IMG/VR virus record: IMGVR_UViG_3300018080_000148
Coordinates: 25,923 to 89,922 of that record
Strand: one strand, 5' to 3'
Source: a virus
DNA length: 64,000 nt
The notes under the pieces were generated by a model that made no database searches, had not been told where the DNA came from, and saw only the letters and a list, made by a program, of their open reading frames with translations. This document shows positions 47,846 through 57,152 of the stretch, in pieces. Both the position numbers and the translations under genes were made by a program. Within the stretch, counting starts at the first letter, position 1; every line of letters starts with the position of its first letter.

Positions 47846-48009
47846 ATTGCTCTTTGGTTTAGTCTCCTGTTTTCCTTTCTCTTCTCTTTCTTGGCCACAC
47901 GACTTTCGCTGACCTTTTTCTGGTGAGCAAACCACCCCGCCCAGTCCATACGGCCAGTCGGCATGCCGCCACCGGAACCGGGCATCTTCTTGATACGTTT
48001 GTATCGCAT
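47836..48009 (-). CDS. small basic protein
   Basis: Start MRYKRIK with GGAG SD. Confidence 0.5.
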   Translation of the reverse strand: MRYKRIKKMPGSGGGMPTGRMDWAGWFAHQKKVSESRVAKKEKRKENRRLNQRAMER

Positions 48010-48022
48010 GGCTTCTCTCCAG

Positions 48023-48111
48023 CGGAGGGCATGGGAATCGAACCCACCGCTCCCCGTAGGGAGCACCTGCTTTCCAAGCAGGCCCGGCTAACCAATATCC
48101 GGCTACCCTCC
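48023..48111 (-). tRNA. tRNA-Ser(GGA)
   Basis: CCTGC-TTGGAAA-GCAGG. Confidence 0.93.
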
Positions 48112-48203
48112 AAGTTTAGTTGCAACTTTCAATTGAAGTTGCGACTTTCAATTCCATGCAGCCAAATGTAACAAAAGTGTTATATTTGGCTACACTTAAC
48201 AAG

Positions 48204-48291
48204 CGGAAGCGACAGGAATCGAACCTGCACCGGTAGTTGGCCGGAACGCTTTAGCAGAGCGCCGCTACGAACCAATATTAGCCTCGCTTCC
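48204..48291 (-). tRNA. tRNA-Ser(GCT)
   Basis: GCGCT-CTGCTAA-AGCGT. Confidence 0.93.
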
Positions 48292-48498
48292 ATCTTCGAT
48301 GTCTCTCAGAGCCACGTATGCTCGCCACCAAGGGCGATTGGGCCTGAAGTCATCATTCAGTTTCGTTCTGCTCCCATCCTCGTGTATCTGGAAGATGTCG
48401 TTTCCGTCTTGTTCTACTTCTATTCCCAGTTTCCAAGCTAACTCGTGACAGTTCTTCTTGAAGTCAGCCTCTACTCCTGATCCCCATTCCCATCGCAT
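48265..48498 (-). CDS. small hypothetical protein
   Basis: 77-aa coupled ORF. Confidence 0.55.
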   Translation of the reverse strand: MRWEWGSGVEADFKKNCHELAWKLGIEVEQDGNDIFQIHEDGSRTKLNDDFRPNRPWWRAYVALRDIEDGSEANIGS

Positions 48499-48905
48499 AA
48501 AGCCTCAACCGTTTCCTGAAGTTCCTCAAGCGTGTAGCACGCTCTTGCATTCCTTGCGCCCTCTCCCTCTCTGAACACACCCGCCCAGGCTGTTTCGTCG
48601 CCCGGTTCACTCCCGAACGGAAAGATCCTGATTACGATGTTGCCGATGCGACCGCAGATCAGGTCTCTCTGTTCATAAGAGATAGCGCCCTGTTCACGAA
48701 TCCACTCGACGGCATCTTGCATCAATTGTATCCTCCGATCAATTCGTTTCATAATTCCGCCGATCTTGCTCGCCGCCTCGCCGAACGAGGCGGCGAGCTT
48801 TTGATCGGCGTCTGACTTCGCCTGCTCCTGTTCGTCTCTGTGCTCGGCGGCACTTTGGTCCAGGACGTGCGTGACGAGGTTCAGTTGCTTTGTCAGTTCG
48901 TCCAT
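48471..48905 (-). CDS. hypothetical protein (first gene after the attenuator)
   Basis: 144 aa; coiled N-terminus. Confidence 0.65.
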   Translation of the reverse strand: MDELTKQLNLVTHVLDQSAAEHRDEQEQAKSDADQKLAASFGEAASKIGGIMKRIDRRIQLMQDAVEWIREQGAISYEQRDLICGRIGNIVIRIFPFGSEPGDETAWAGVFREGEGARNARACYTLEELQETVEALCDGNGDQE

Positions 48906-48918
48906 TTTTCCCTTTTTT

Positions 48919-48965
48919 AAAAACCAAAAGCCCCCTGGAACGGCTCTGATCCGTTCCAGGGGGCT
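48919..48965 (-). terminator. attenuator terminator (3:4 hairpin)
   Basis: 15-bp stem AGCCCCCTGGAACGG/CCGTTCCAGGGGGCT followed by TTTGGTTTTT. Confidence 0.9.
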
Positions 48966-48992
48966 CGACCCTACTTATGTTATTCCCCGTCG

Positions 48993-49094
48993 TCAGTCTG
49001 GAACAGATCCTTCACCGTCGCTGCTAAATAGCAACGAGGATAAAAGGTGTGAACAATAGCAGTTCAGACTGCGTAGCGGGGAGACTCGATCCAT
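48993..49094 (-). CDS. attenuator leader peptide (33 aa, Ser/Leu/Cys/Tyr/Phe-rich)
   Basis: AGGAGA SD; MDRVSPLRSLNCYCSHLLSSLLFSSDGEGSVPD; overlaps alternative stems. Confidence 0.8.
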   Translation of the reverse strand: MDRVSPLRSLNCYCSHLLSSLLFSSDGEGSVPD

Positions 49095-49128
49095 TTCTCT
49101 TTCTCCTGCACGTAATGGTGCTATCTGT

Positions 49129-49157
49129 ATTATATGCCGCAAACGGCAATTTTTCAA
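49129..49157 (-). promoter_or_regulatory. sigma70-type promoter of the tRNA operon
   Basis: TTGAAA-17 bp-TATAAT. Confidence 0.8.
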
Positions 49158-49167
49158 CCCTAAAAAT

Positions 49168-49404
49168 TCACCGATTGTCTTCCTCTGAGGGGATAGACGC
49201 TTCTGGCGGCGAAAGGTTCGGGGTTTCTGGAGAAATTTCTGGACCTTCCAGAATCGCTCTGGCGGCATCATTCCCCAGGCAAGCTTCGGTGAGGATTGCC
49301 ACACACAACCTGTTCATGGAATCCGCACGTGTATCGTGGACCAGTTCTTTGACGGCGGCGTGGAGATTAGGAGTCATCCGAACTGTTACCACTCGCTCCT
49401 TCAT
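49168..49404 (-). CDS. ribbon-helix-helix (Arc/HicB-like) DNA-binding protein
   Basis: VVTVRMTPNLHAAV...SMNRL. Confidence 0.65.
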   Translation of the reverse strand: MKERVVTVRMTPNLHAAVKELVHDTRADSMNRLCVAILTEACLGNDAARAILEGPEISPETPNLSPPEASIPSEEDNR

Positions 49405-49624
49405 CCTTTTGCTTCCTTATGTCGTAGGAGACGGATTTGACGACGATGGGTACGCCGTCAATATCGTCGGGGATTCCATGTTCTTCTTGGGTAGTCCCTT
49501 CGGGGATGCGGACGGTGAGAACAAAGCCGTCATCTGCGGGCGACCCGATGATCCCTGCCATCAGATTGGGAAATTTACTTTTGAAAGTGGTCTTGGCGGC
49601 ACGAACTTCTTCGAGGGTTGGCAT
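49367..49624 (-). CDS. hypothetical protein
   Basis: IPDDIDGVPIVV; GGAG SD. Confidence 0.6.
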   Translation of the reverse strand: MPTLEEVRAAKTTFKSKFPNLMAGIIGSPADDGFVLTVRIPEGTTQEEHGIPDDIDGVPIVVKSVSYDIRKQKDEGASGNSSDDS

Positions 49625-49628
49625 CGGT

Positions 49629-49937
49629 CTACTCCATGAAAACGAACCACAGGATCAGCAGTTGAATCAAAACTAGCCAGAAGAGCAGCGTGGCCGCACT
49701 CCGAAACTGACGCCAGAATATTCGCTTTCCGATTCGTTCTACCGTATCGGCAAACTCCTCTTTCGGCAACCCCAGTTCATTGAGTCGCCAGTTCAGTTGC
49801 ACATCGGTCAGCTTCCCATCGGCATACAGGATGCCCAGGAGGTAGATCTTTCGCTCTCGTTCGTCACGGAAGAAACTCAATCGACGCCTCCGACGCTGAC
49901 GCTGCGAACAGCGGTATTGCGGTAGAACGTGTACCAA
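49629..49937 (-). CDS. small membrane protein
   Basis: C-terminal TM; start uncertain. Confidence 0.45.
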   Translation of the reverse strand: MVHVLPQYRCSQRQRRRRRLSFFRDERERKIYLLGILYADGKLTDVQLNWRLNELGLPKEEFADTVERIGKRIFWRQFRSAATLLFWLVLIQLLILWFVFME

Positions 49938-51118
49938 GTGTTGATGTCGCCTCCCAAGTCCTCGTGTTCGTCGTGTCGCAAGGTTGCCCCCTTTGCAAAG
50001 ACGCCTTCTGGACTGATGCGACCTTCGCCAGAAGCGCCAACGTAATGCTTGTTGGACAGGGGGTCTTGTCGGGGCAGGAACAAATTGAAATCTCCGTCCC
50101 TATTCCAACTGCCGCTCGAATCGTCGAAGAAAGCGAAGCAATCTTCTTCTTTGGGCACGTCTTTGGTTTTCACGGGCACGGCAAACCATTCGCCCTGTCG
50201 CAGGGTGCCGGGGACTTTTGCTTCGTCGGGCACTAAATCATCGAATGCCTCTTGGACCGTTTGCGGCTTTCCAGTCAACTCACAGCCAAAGTAGGTCTCC
50301 TCATCTTGTCCCAAGAGGAAGTAAACCGGCGTTTCGTAATCGTTGTCCCTTACGACGACGGTGGCTGACTGGTGGAATACATAGCGACCACTTTGGAGGA
50401 TCAGGGTGAAGCCAGACGGCGGCACCAACTTGTCTTTTGTACGGAGTTTCTTTTCCGCTTCGGTCAATTCCTGTGACCTGTCGGGGGTGTAGTCCACGAC
50501 TTCGACCACGCCATCACTGAGGGCTTTGCACAATTTGCTGTAATTTGTGGCTTGTTTTGCCCAGTCGTTTTCCCACCTAGAGTAGACCAGCCGACCGAGA
50601 CACTGCAAGCTGAGTGTGGGGAAGTTGAACTTGTCCAATTCCACATCCCCATGTAAAGAGGAGGCGGGTTTGATGCCGTATTCTTCATCGCCATTCAACA
50701 GGAGTGGAAATGCGCAGTCGCTTGCCTCGGGCGACAACATCTTTGTGCCGAAGGGCAGGACGACGCCGCCTGGAGGGGCATTGGCTTGTGCATAGAGGCT
50801 GTTGGGACCGCTTCCATAACCGGAATAGCGTTCTCTGGGAGGTGTGAGTTTGGCGAAGCCAAAGCCAAATTGGCGAATGCCGCCATCCCGGTGAACCTTG
50901 AACATGTGACCGATGTCGGCGCTCCAAACCACAGGATCACCATCGTGCTCCATGACATATTCGCCAGTGCGAATGAAGTGGCTGAGCGAGCAAGTCAGCA
51001 CCAGTTGGAGGTCTTCGTGATACTCCTCGAACCTCTTTTCGCCTTTGACGACGTTGGCGCTGTAAAGGCGCTGGAGCTTCGCCACGTCACTCTGGTCGGA
51101 TAGATTCCATACGCACAT
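49877..51118 (-). CDS. hypothetical phage protein
   Basis: Start MCVWNLS with AGGAGG SD; RQGEWF, HDEH motifs. Confidence 0.7.
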   Translation of the reverse strand: MCVWNLSDQSDVAKLQRLYSANVVKGEKRFEEYHEDLQLVLTCSLSHFIRTGEYVMEHDGDPVVWSADIGHMFKVHRDGGIRQFGFGFAKLTPPRERYSGYGSGPNSLYAQANAPPGGVVLPFGTKMLSPEASDCAFPLLLNGDEEYGIKPASSLHGDVELDKFNFPTLSLQCLGRLVYSRWENDWAKQATNYSKLCKALSDGVVEVVDYTPDRSQELTEAEKKLRTKDKLVPPSGFTLILQSGRYVFHQSATVVVRDNDYETPVYFLLGQDEETYFGCELTGKPQTVQEAFDDLVPDEAKVPGTLRQGEWFAVPVKTKDVPKEEDCFAFFDDSSGSWNRDGDFNLFLPRQDPLSNKHYVGASGEGRISPEGVFAKGATLRHDEHEDLGGDINTWYTFYRNTAVRSVSVGGVD

Positions 51119-51233
51119 TTTGGTCCTCCTTAGATCCACCCCTGGGCAAATGCGAATACTAGAACGAAGAATCCTATGAGTAGAAGCTCGATGAAGCATC
51201 CCATCACAGGATTGGTTGGTTTTCTACGAGGCA

Positions 51234-51551
51234 TCAAATCGGCTCCACACAGAACAAGAGTGATGTGCCGTCATCGAAATCGACGTAAATTCCTTCTCCA
51301 CCAATGCCGAATTTTTGCACCCCTTCACTCGCTTCGACCTCCAAGGAAACAAAATCTTTCTGTTTCACTTCGACCCTCACAACCTTAGGGTCGTCCGGAC
51401 CAACCCAGAAAGACACATCGCATGTAAGCGATGATGCATGATCGCTATTGCCCTCCGCTTCCACGTGCCGAATCATTTTGTGGAACAGCTTCTTCAGTTC
51501 CGACAACTCTTCTGCTGTTTGCACTGAAAAGTAAGGGTCAAATTGCAGCAT
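51234..51551 (-). CDS. hypothetical protein
   Basis: 105 aa; GGAG SD. Confidence 0.6.
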   Translation of the reverse strand: MLQFDPYFSVQTAEELSELKKLFHKMIRHVEAEGNSDHASSLTCDVSFWVGPDDPKVVRVEVKQKDFVSLEVEASEGVQKFGIGGEGIYVDFDDGTSLLFCVEPI

Positions 51552-51566
51552 CTCAGATCTCCATTA

Positions 51567-52454
51567 TCAGGCCGAATCCCGCACGTCCCGGATTATACGT
51601 TCCAGATTACGAATGTTTTCGCTGAGGTAGGCGTAGTAGTCAGTATCGGTAACGTCGTCCCTTTCCATTAGTTTTTGTTCTTGCCGCATTCCTTTCAGCG
51701 CCACGTCGCCGTCAAACTCCACTCCGTTGATGTACATCTTGAATGTAACGGTGGGTATGTTGTGTTTTTGGGCTTCCTCGAATTTGACGTTTTCTGACAA
51801 GCCTAGCAGGGCAACCAAAGGAAGGATGATGGCTGCCATCCACCAGCCGTAGTAGATGAAAAAAGGTACAACTCCTATCAAACAACAGAGGGTCACCCGT
51901 TTTGCATATTTGGTGGACTGCTCCCAATTACCGCCCATAAACCATGTTAACGCACACCGCATCAATCGCCCTCCGTCGAGCGGATAAACAGGGATTAGAT
52001 TGAGGCCCAAAAGAATCCAGTTGAATTTGTAGAACATCCACACCAGGGACATCCACCCATCTGATCCCCAAACCAGCAGGGGCGGGACCACGAGCATCAA
52101 CAGGAATACGTTGACCAAAGGTCCGCATAGTGTAATCCAGAATTCGTGCAGGTGATTCTTCCTCCAATCTTTGTTTCCCCCCCCGTTCCCAATAATGGCG
52201 AAGCCGCCAAATGGATGCAGCATAATCTCTTTGATTTGGTATCCCAGTTTTTGTGCGGCAAGGGAATGACCAAACTCATGCATCAACACCACGGTGTAGA
52301 TGACGCTAAAAAAAGTGAAAATGATACCGACGACGATCAGCCTGTCCAGAATCGCCCCGTCGAATCGCAGTGCTCCCATCAGGCACCACATGAACACCCA
52401 GATCCACCAGAACGAGGTGAGTACGACTTTTATCCCGAAGATTTTAAAACTCAT
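51567..52454 (-). CDS. site-2 protease (M50)
   Basis: HEFGH, GPLVN, NLIPVYPLDGGR, TM segments. Confidence 0.9.
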   Translation of the reverse strand: MSFKIFGIKVVLTSFWWIWVFMWCLMGALRFDGAILDRLIVVGIIFTFFSVIYTVVLMHEFGHSLAAQKLGYQIKEIMLHPFGGFAIIGNGGGNKDWRKNHLHEFWITLCGPLVNVFLLMLVVPPLLVWGSDGWMSLVWMFYKFNWILLGLNLIPVYPLDGGRLMRCALTWFMGGNWEQSTKYAKRVTLCCLIGVVPFFIYYGWWMAAIILPLVALLGLSENVKFEEAQKHNIPTVTFKMYINGVEFDGDVALKGMRQEQKLMERDDVTDTDYYAYLSENIRNLERIIRDVRDSA

Positions 52455-52870
52455 TTGGTCTCCTTACCCAACGCCCTTTGTGTGGCTCGTATGGAGCCTG
52501 ATAAGAACGCATTGTGCATAGCTATCTTCACGATGTCTCGGTGTTCTACCGGAAGATTCGATAGCCAGTGCTTACCCTGCCCCTTGGCGAATTCATTCAG
52601 GTATGTTTGAAATTCCCCATCAGCCTCCATTAGCACGATTGCTTTTCGTCTCGCTTCTCTCGTCGATTGGCGAGCCTCTTTCAAAGCCCTGGGCAGCCCA
52701 TTCATCTCCAGAGCTTCCTTGGAGTGGCCGGGCGCTCGCTCGCACTTCTCGATCTTGGGTAGATCCATTTGACTTGCGAGTGTGTTGATGGCACCGCCAT
52801 CTACGGCTTTCACGTAAAAGTCGTAGCCGCCAATTGTGACTCGGAATGTCTTGAGTCTAGTCCAGGACAT
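52451..52870 (-). CDS. hypothetical protein
   Basis: 139 aa; GGAG SD. Confidence 0.65.
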   Translation of the reverse strand: MSWTRLKTFRVTIGGYDFYVKAVDGGAINTLASQMDLPKIEKCERAPGHSKEALEMNGLPRALKEARQSTREARRKAIVLMEADGEFQTYLNEFAKGQGKHWLSNLPVEHRDIVKIAMHNAFLSGSIRATQRALGKETK

Positions 52871-53093
52871 TTTTTCTCCAAAGGCCCTCCCCGCCGTGGT
52901 TATGGCGAAGCCGGGGGAGGGGGCGACTTCTGGAAACGTCGGCTCACGGAGTTAGAACCGGGCGTCGGCCAAATGCAACCTAACGCTCTTCCACCGCACT
53001 CACGGCTTACGGGCTCTGTCGCTGAGCGCAGCCGCACCATGCAAAACTCGTCCAGCGACTTCGGGGCGAAGCTGCCCGAATCTCGTTGTCTAA

Positions 53094-53122
53094 ATTGTAG
53101 CCCAGCAAAGAGTTGATGTAAA
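53094..53122 (-). promoter_or_regulatory. sigma70-type promoter
   Basis: TTTACA-17 bp-TACAAT. Confidence 0.55.
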
Positions 53123-53502
53123 ACACGAATTTTTCTGTCACGGTCCTGCATATACGTGTCACGAGGGGGACATATAGACGAGGAACTTATCGGAAAGGGA
53201 TTTCGGCGTTATCTCCCTTCTGCGGGGAAGATTTTTCGTATTTTCCGACCTTTTCTGATGCAGGTTACCGGTTTGGTCCCCCATTAGAGATTAGAGGGAG
53301 GAGGGTTTTCGTGGACCTTTGCATCGCCCAAACGTCTGGTTAAGGGGCAAACGTAGTGTTGGTGGAGGAAATTCGTGCCCCGATAGCCTTGTACATGCGA
53401 GGTACAGCATAGGACTTAGCCCCTGCCCGTAGCAGTTTTTTCTCTACCGGCGCTAACTCGTGTAACGGTTGTTCGTATATATCTATAGAAAGGAGTTGTG
53501 CA

Positions 53503-53898
53503 ATGTACACGACCAAGGATGAATTCAAGAATGTGGACGTGGAGTACGTCCGGTACAAGTTCATTGAGCAGTTGGGATTCGTGCCGCCCATGAACTTGGA
53601 GTTTCCCTGTACAATCCTGATCGACAAGAAAGTTTTCCTGTCGGTCAACCCGGCTTTCTGTGCCCCGCTCTACATGCAACATTATGAGGTGTGGGGGCCG
53701 TCGATGGATGTGGAATACAATGGCGACAAATACGCAGGTTTTGAAAAAGCTGTGGAGAAGGCCATCGAACTTTGGTTGATTCCACCTCCCGGTGATGGCG
53801 ATAACGATTGCGACTTCCCGCCCGATTGTCCCATGCCGAGCGATTCCATCAAGCCCAAGGTGGAAGAAAAAAGAGAATGCTTGGCAACCGCCCTTTAG
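53503..53898 (+). CDS. hypothetical protein
   Basis: 131 aa; AAGGAG SD. Confidence 0.65.
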   Translation: MYTTKDEFKNVDVEYVRYKFIEQLGFVPPMNLEFPCTILIDKKVFLSVNPAFCAPLYMQHYEVWGPSMDVEYNGDKYAGFEKAVEKAIELWLIPPPGDGDNDCDFPPDCPMPSDSIKPKVEEKRECLATAL

Positions 53899-54257
53899 TC
53901 AACCAGCGTTGCCTTGTCAGGATCTACAAGAATGACAACGTAAAGCGGCCCCAGTGGCGTTGTGCGGACGTTGATGGCACTATCGTACCCTTGTGCTTCT
54001 AGTTCACCCACCGCTTCGGGATCGCCTGCTATACTGTCAAAACGACTCCATTCTTCATCATCAACAATTTTTGGATTTTGGATGTCGAGCTTGAAAGCTG
54101 CAACTGGGCCGTAGGTTTTGGCGAACAGTTCGTTGCTGATAAAGAAACTCGGGCCCGTTAGTTTTTTCGGGTCGCCCGTGCGTGCCCCACGATACATGGT
54201 CATGCCACGAACTGCTTCAGCTTCTTTGTTCTCAAGAAATTGGGCGAAGTTTTTCAT
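53895..54257 (-). CDS. ADP-ribosyltransferase-like putative head protein
   Basis: MKNFAQFLE; MYRG...FFIS...AKTYG...GYDS. Confidence 0.55.
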   Translation of the reverse strand: MKNFAQFLENKEAEAVRGMTMYRGARTGDPKKLTGPSFFISNELFAKTYGPVAAFKLDIQNPKIVDDEEWSRFDSIAGDPEAVGELEAQGYDSAINVRTTPLGPLYVVILVDPDKATLVD

Positions 54258-54281
54258 GCTGTTATTTAGTCGCAGGAAATG

Positions 54282-54312
54282 AAAAACGCCCACGCAGCAT
54301 GCTGCGTGGGCG
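54282..54312 (-). terminator. intrinsic terminator
   Basis: CGCCCACGCAGC-AT-GCTGCGTGGGCG plus T-run. Confidence 0.75.
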
Positions 54313-54344
54313 CTATATTCCACGATTATAGCGCTATGGCGCTA

Positions 54345-55271
54345 TTACGCATTTTGGTCCGTCTTCCACGCCACCGGCTTGCTGGCGGCGAAGTAGCCGG
54401 TGCCTTCGTTTTGCTCGGGCGGCTGCACGTAACTTTGTCTGGGGGTGGCCACACCGAATGTGTCGCCCCTGGCAGCACCGCCCCACACGTTTCCACCGCC
54501 CACGACTTGATCGGGCGGGCTTGGCATCACCGGGGGCTGCGTCGGCGGCTGGAGGGCGCTGGTGCCGATGGTCTGGTCGGAGGCCGAGGTGACCGAATCG
54601 TTCACACCGGCGTCTTCGTAGTTGGCACAGGCTTCCAGGTTGTCGGAGTGAAGACCCATAGACATGCCTTTCACCCCAGTGGCACGAGCGGCCATGTATC
54701 TCCTCATCTTCTTGGCGCTTTCTTTCATGCCGCCACGAGTCCGCACGGCGTCCTGGTTGCTCCAGGCTGCCATGTTGGAGATCGGGATAGCGGTCTGCTC
54801 GGACAACTGTTGCAGGTAGCGTTCGCTGCAACCCATGTATGAGAAGGTCCAGTCGCCGGTCTTTTGGCGAGCGTCGATTTTTTCTTTCAACGCTTCCGCT
54901 GACACGTGCTTGGACGAATTCTCGCAACCGTCCGAAATGATGATGACCAGGAAGGAGGTATCTTTGTCCATCTGGACCGTCTCGGACAACTTGTCGATGG
55001 TGTAGCCGACCGCATCACGCAGAGCCGTGCTTCCACCGGTGTGATAATCTTCCACCGCTGCTTCAGCGATAGAATCGACAGGCTCGTTCCACAGGTGCTC
55101 GTACACTTCGCCGTTGAAGGTCACGAGGGAAACGAAAATGTCTTGGTCTTTGGCGTCTTCCTTGAACTGTTGAACGTGCTCGTTGAATCCTTCAACGGTT
55201 TGGGCTCGGGTGCCGCTCATGGAACCGGATTTGTCCAGAATGATTGCGGCGTAGGTTTTCTGCTTACTCAT
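54345..55271 (-). CDS. von Willebrand factor A domain protein
   Basis: ILDKSGSM MIDAS, TALRDA, IISDGCENSS. Confidence 0.9.
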   Translation of the reverse strand: MSKQKTYAAIILDKSGSMSGTRAQTVEGFNEHVQQFKEDAKDQDIFVSLVTFNGEVYEHLWNEPVDSIAEAAVEDYHTGGSTALRDAVGYTIDKLSETVQMDKDTSFLVIIISDGCENSSKHVSAEALKEKIDARQKTGDWTFSYMGCSERYLQQLSEQTAIPISNMAAWSNQDAVRTRGGMKESAKKMRRYMAARATGVKGMSMGLHSDNLEACANYEDAGVNDSVTSASDQTIGTSALQPPTQPPVMPSPPDQVVGGGNVWGGAARGDTFGVATPRQSYVQPPEQNEGTGYFAASKPVAWKTDQNA

Positions 55272-55315
55272 CTTATTGTTTACCTTTCAGAATCGCTTTT
55301 GTCTTGGTTTGAGGG

Positions 55316-55348
55316 AATCCACCCCGGCCACATGCCGGGGTGGATTTT
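55316..55348. terminator. hairpin terminator
   Basis: AATCCACCCCGGC-CACAT-GCCGGGGTGGATT. Confidence 0.6.
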
Positions 55349-55355
55349 AAAATTC

Positions 55356-56480
55356 TCACTGGGGCCGCTTTCCTTTGCGGGCCATGTTTACTCGCAAGGG
55401 GCCAATCGTACCACCACCTTGCTTGTATTGTCGATAGCGTTGTTGACTCAACTGCTGGGCCCACTCCAGATTGGAAGTGCTTCGGTCAGCAGTGTTGCCG
55501 TAGTAGTTGGAAACGGGATTCGGCGGCTGGAACCACTGAACACGTTTCCCATCGTCAAAAGGGCCACCTGCGCCTCCCGACGCAGGGTCCGCCTGATTGA
55601 CGGGAATCGGGGACGGCGAGAGAGTGACCAACAGGTTCGGCAGGTCGTTCCGCTTCTGGCGGTCGTCGAACTGGACGGATGCTTCCTGGTAGCGTTCACG
55701 CAGCGTCTTCATGGGATCGCTGGCAGTTGTAATCATGTCCAGGATGTAGTGGCCGTCTTCACGTTGAGTCATGCTGTAATCACCGGATTCAATCATGACC
55801 CGAACGAATTGTCGGACCTCGGTGCTGATCCCGGCCCAACTTCGGTTGAGTTGGTCACAGCTACCATCGGGGCGAAGCGGTCGGCCAGGGTACAGCGGGT
55901 TTTCTTCGGCGTATGCGTCGGGCAGATCGCCGATGTTGTGAACCCGCTTGCCTTCGTAGGTTTGGCGGGGCGGGTAGCCTTGCTTGACTTCCATCAGGAG
56001 TATCAAAGAGGCTTCGATGTCAACGATCCTACCCTGCGAGTACACCAAGAAGGGGTGGCCCTTGGAGAGAGACCGAAGTCTCGTGCCGACTGGACTGTCG
56101 GGTTCCTCGGGATCGAAGGCTTCGAGCAGTTCCCGTGGGGACATGCGGTGGGCTTTCTTCGAGGAAACGTAAGCGGGTACGGGCTGGTCGCCCGCCTCTT
56201 CTTTCTTGCCTTCCTTGGGCGGTCGCCAAGACGTAGCGATATTCTTCGCAAGACCTTCCGGTTCGGGCAAATCGGAGTCTCTAGTCGTTGCGGGCGCAAG
56301 GACTTTCAGAATTTGCGACCAACTGAGACCCTGGAGTGCGTCTTCGGTATGAGCACCGAAGGCTTTGAGAGATTGGACGAACTTGTTTTCGTCCACGTAG
56401 CCGGGGTTGCCTTCCCCGACTGCATCGTTGTGCTCACGGATGTGAGCAAGCGCAGCATCAAGTTTTTCTTGGTAAGCCAT
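55356..56480 (-). CDS. hypothetical protein
   Basis: 374 aa; AGGAGGT SD. Confidence 0.75.
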   Translation of the reverse strand: MAYQEKLDAALAHIREHNDAVGEGNPGYVDENKFVQSLKAFGAHTEDALQGLSWSQILKVLAPATTRDSDLPEPEGLAKNIATSWRPPKEGKKEEAGDQPVPAYVSSKKAHRMSPRELLEAFDPEEPDSPVGTRLRSLSKGHPFLVYSQGRIVDIEASLILLMEVKQGYPPRQTYEGKRVHNIGDLPDAYAEENPLYPGRPLRPDGSCDQLNRSWAGISTEVRQFVRVMIESGDYSMTQREDGHYILDMITTASDPMKTLRERYQEASVQFDDRQKRNDLPNLLVTLSPSPIPVNQADPASGGAGGPFDDGKRVQWFQPPNPVSNYYGNTADRSTSNLEWAQQLSQQRYRQYKQGGGTIGPLRVNMARKGKRPQ

Positions 56481-56609
56481 GCCTACCTCCTATATGTAAC
56501 TGCTTCTACTTCTACTACGGTTTGGGGCGACGAGCCCGACGCACCGCTAGGCGTCTACAGTATTCTAGGCAACTTTCCGGATTTGTCAAGGGTGCAGATA
56601 TATAGGAGT

Positions 56610-57152
56610 ATGGAGAAATTGAATTTTCGGCAGTGGCTAGAGATAGCCGGAACTGGCAAATACAGCGATCTGGTTCCGGGTTGGCGGGGCGGTCCCAAGG
56701 GCCCGTATGCCGATCCGAAGAGAATGCCCAGTGATCCCATGTTCTGGCGAAATCATGATTTTCAAAAACAATGGGCAGCAAGAGAGCTAGAAGATGCTAA
56801 AAAGCGGCACGAGCTAGATCCGGAGGATGAAGACAAGAGAAAAGGTTTTGCTCAAGCCACCGCAGATGCTCTATGGTCGGCTATGCCCGTTGTCCCCGAT
56901 AGCAAACCACGGGGGGAGTATGAGGGGTACACCAATTGGGACACTTGGGCTGTGGCGTTGTGGGCCAACAATGAAAGAAAGCACTATGAAGCTACCCGAA
57001 TGAAACCGGCTGCCTTCTTGAAGAAATACGCCTTGCGATACAAAAGGGAAATTTACCGTTTCTACAGTGACGAAGAGGGTGATGAATCACGTCAAGTCGA
57101 TTTCGACATGGTGAATTGGGATGAACTGGCCGAGGATTTCAGCGCCGAGTAA
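56610..57152 (+). CDS. putative head protein
   Basis: MEKLNFRQWLE; GYTNWDTWAVALW; TATATA and AGGAG upstream. Confidence 0.7.
   Translation: MEKLNFRQWLEIAGTGKYSDLVPGWRGGPKGPYADPKRMPSDPMFWRNHDFQKQWAARELEDAKKRHELDPEDEDKRKGFAQATADALWSAMPVVPDSKPRGEYEGYTNWDTWAVALWANNERKHYEATRMKPAAFLKKYALRYKREIYRFYSDEEGDESRQVDFDMVNWDELAEDFSAE

Noticed and set aside
48118-48192. Two hairpins and a 17-bp near-duplicate between Ser tRNAs
   Set aside because: Short local duplication with no evidence of function beyond spacer structure.
48993-49304. 103-aa version of the leader ORF, or a T-box riboswitch
   Set aside because: The promoter lies inside the longer ORF and the SD precedes ATG 49094. No T-box consensus (GGTGGNACCGCG) is visible.
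54906-57152. 748-aa plus-strand ORF
   Set aside because: Mostly the antisense shadow of the vWA and 55356..56480 genes; only 56610-57152 has an SD and protein-like sequence.
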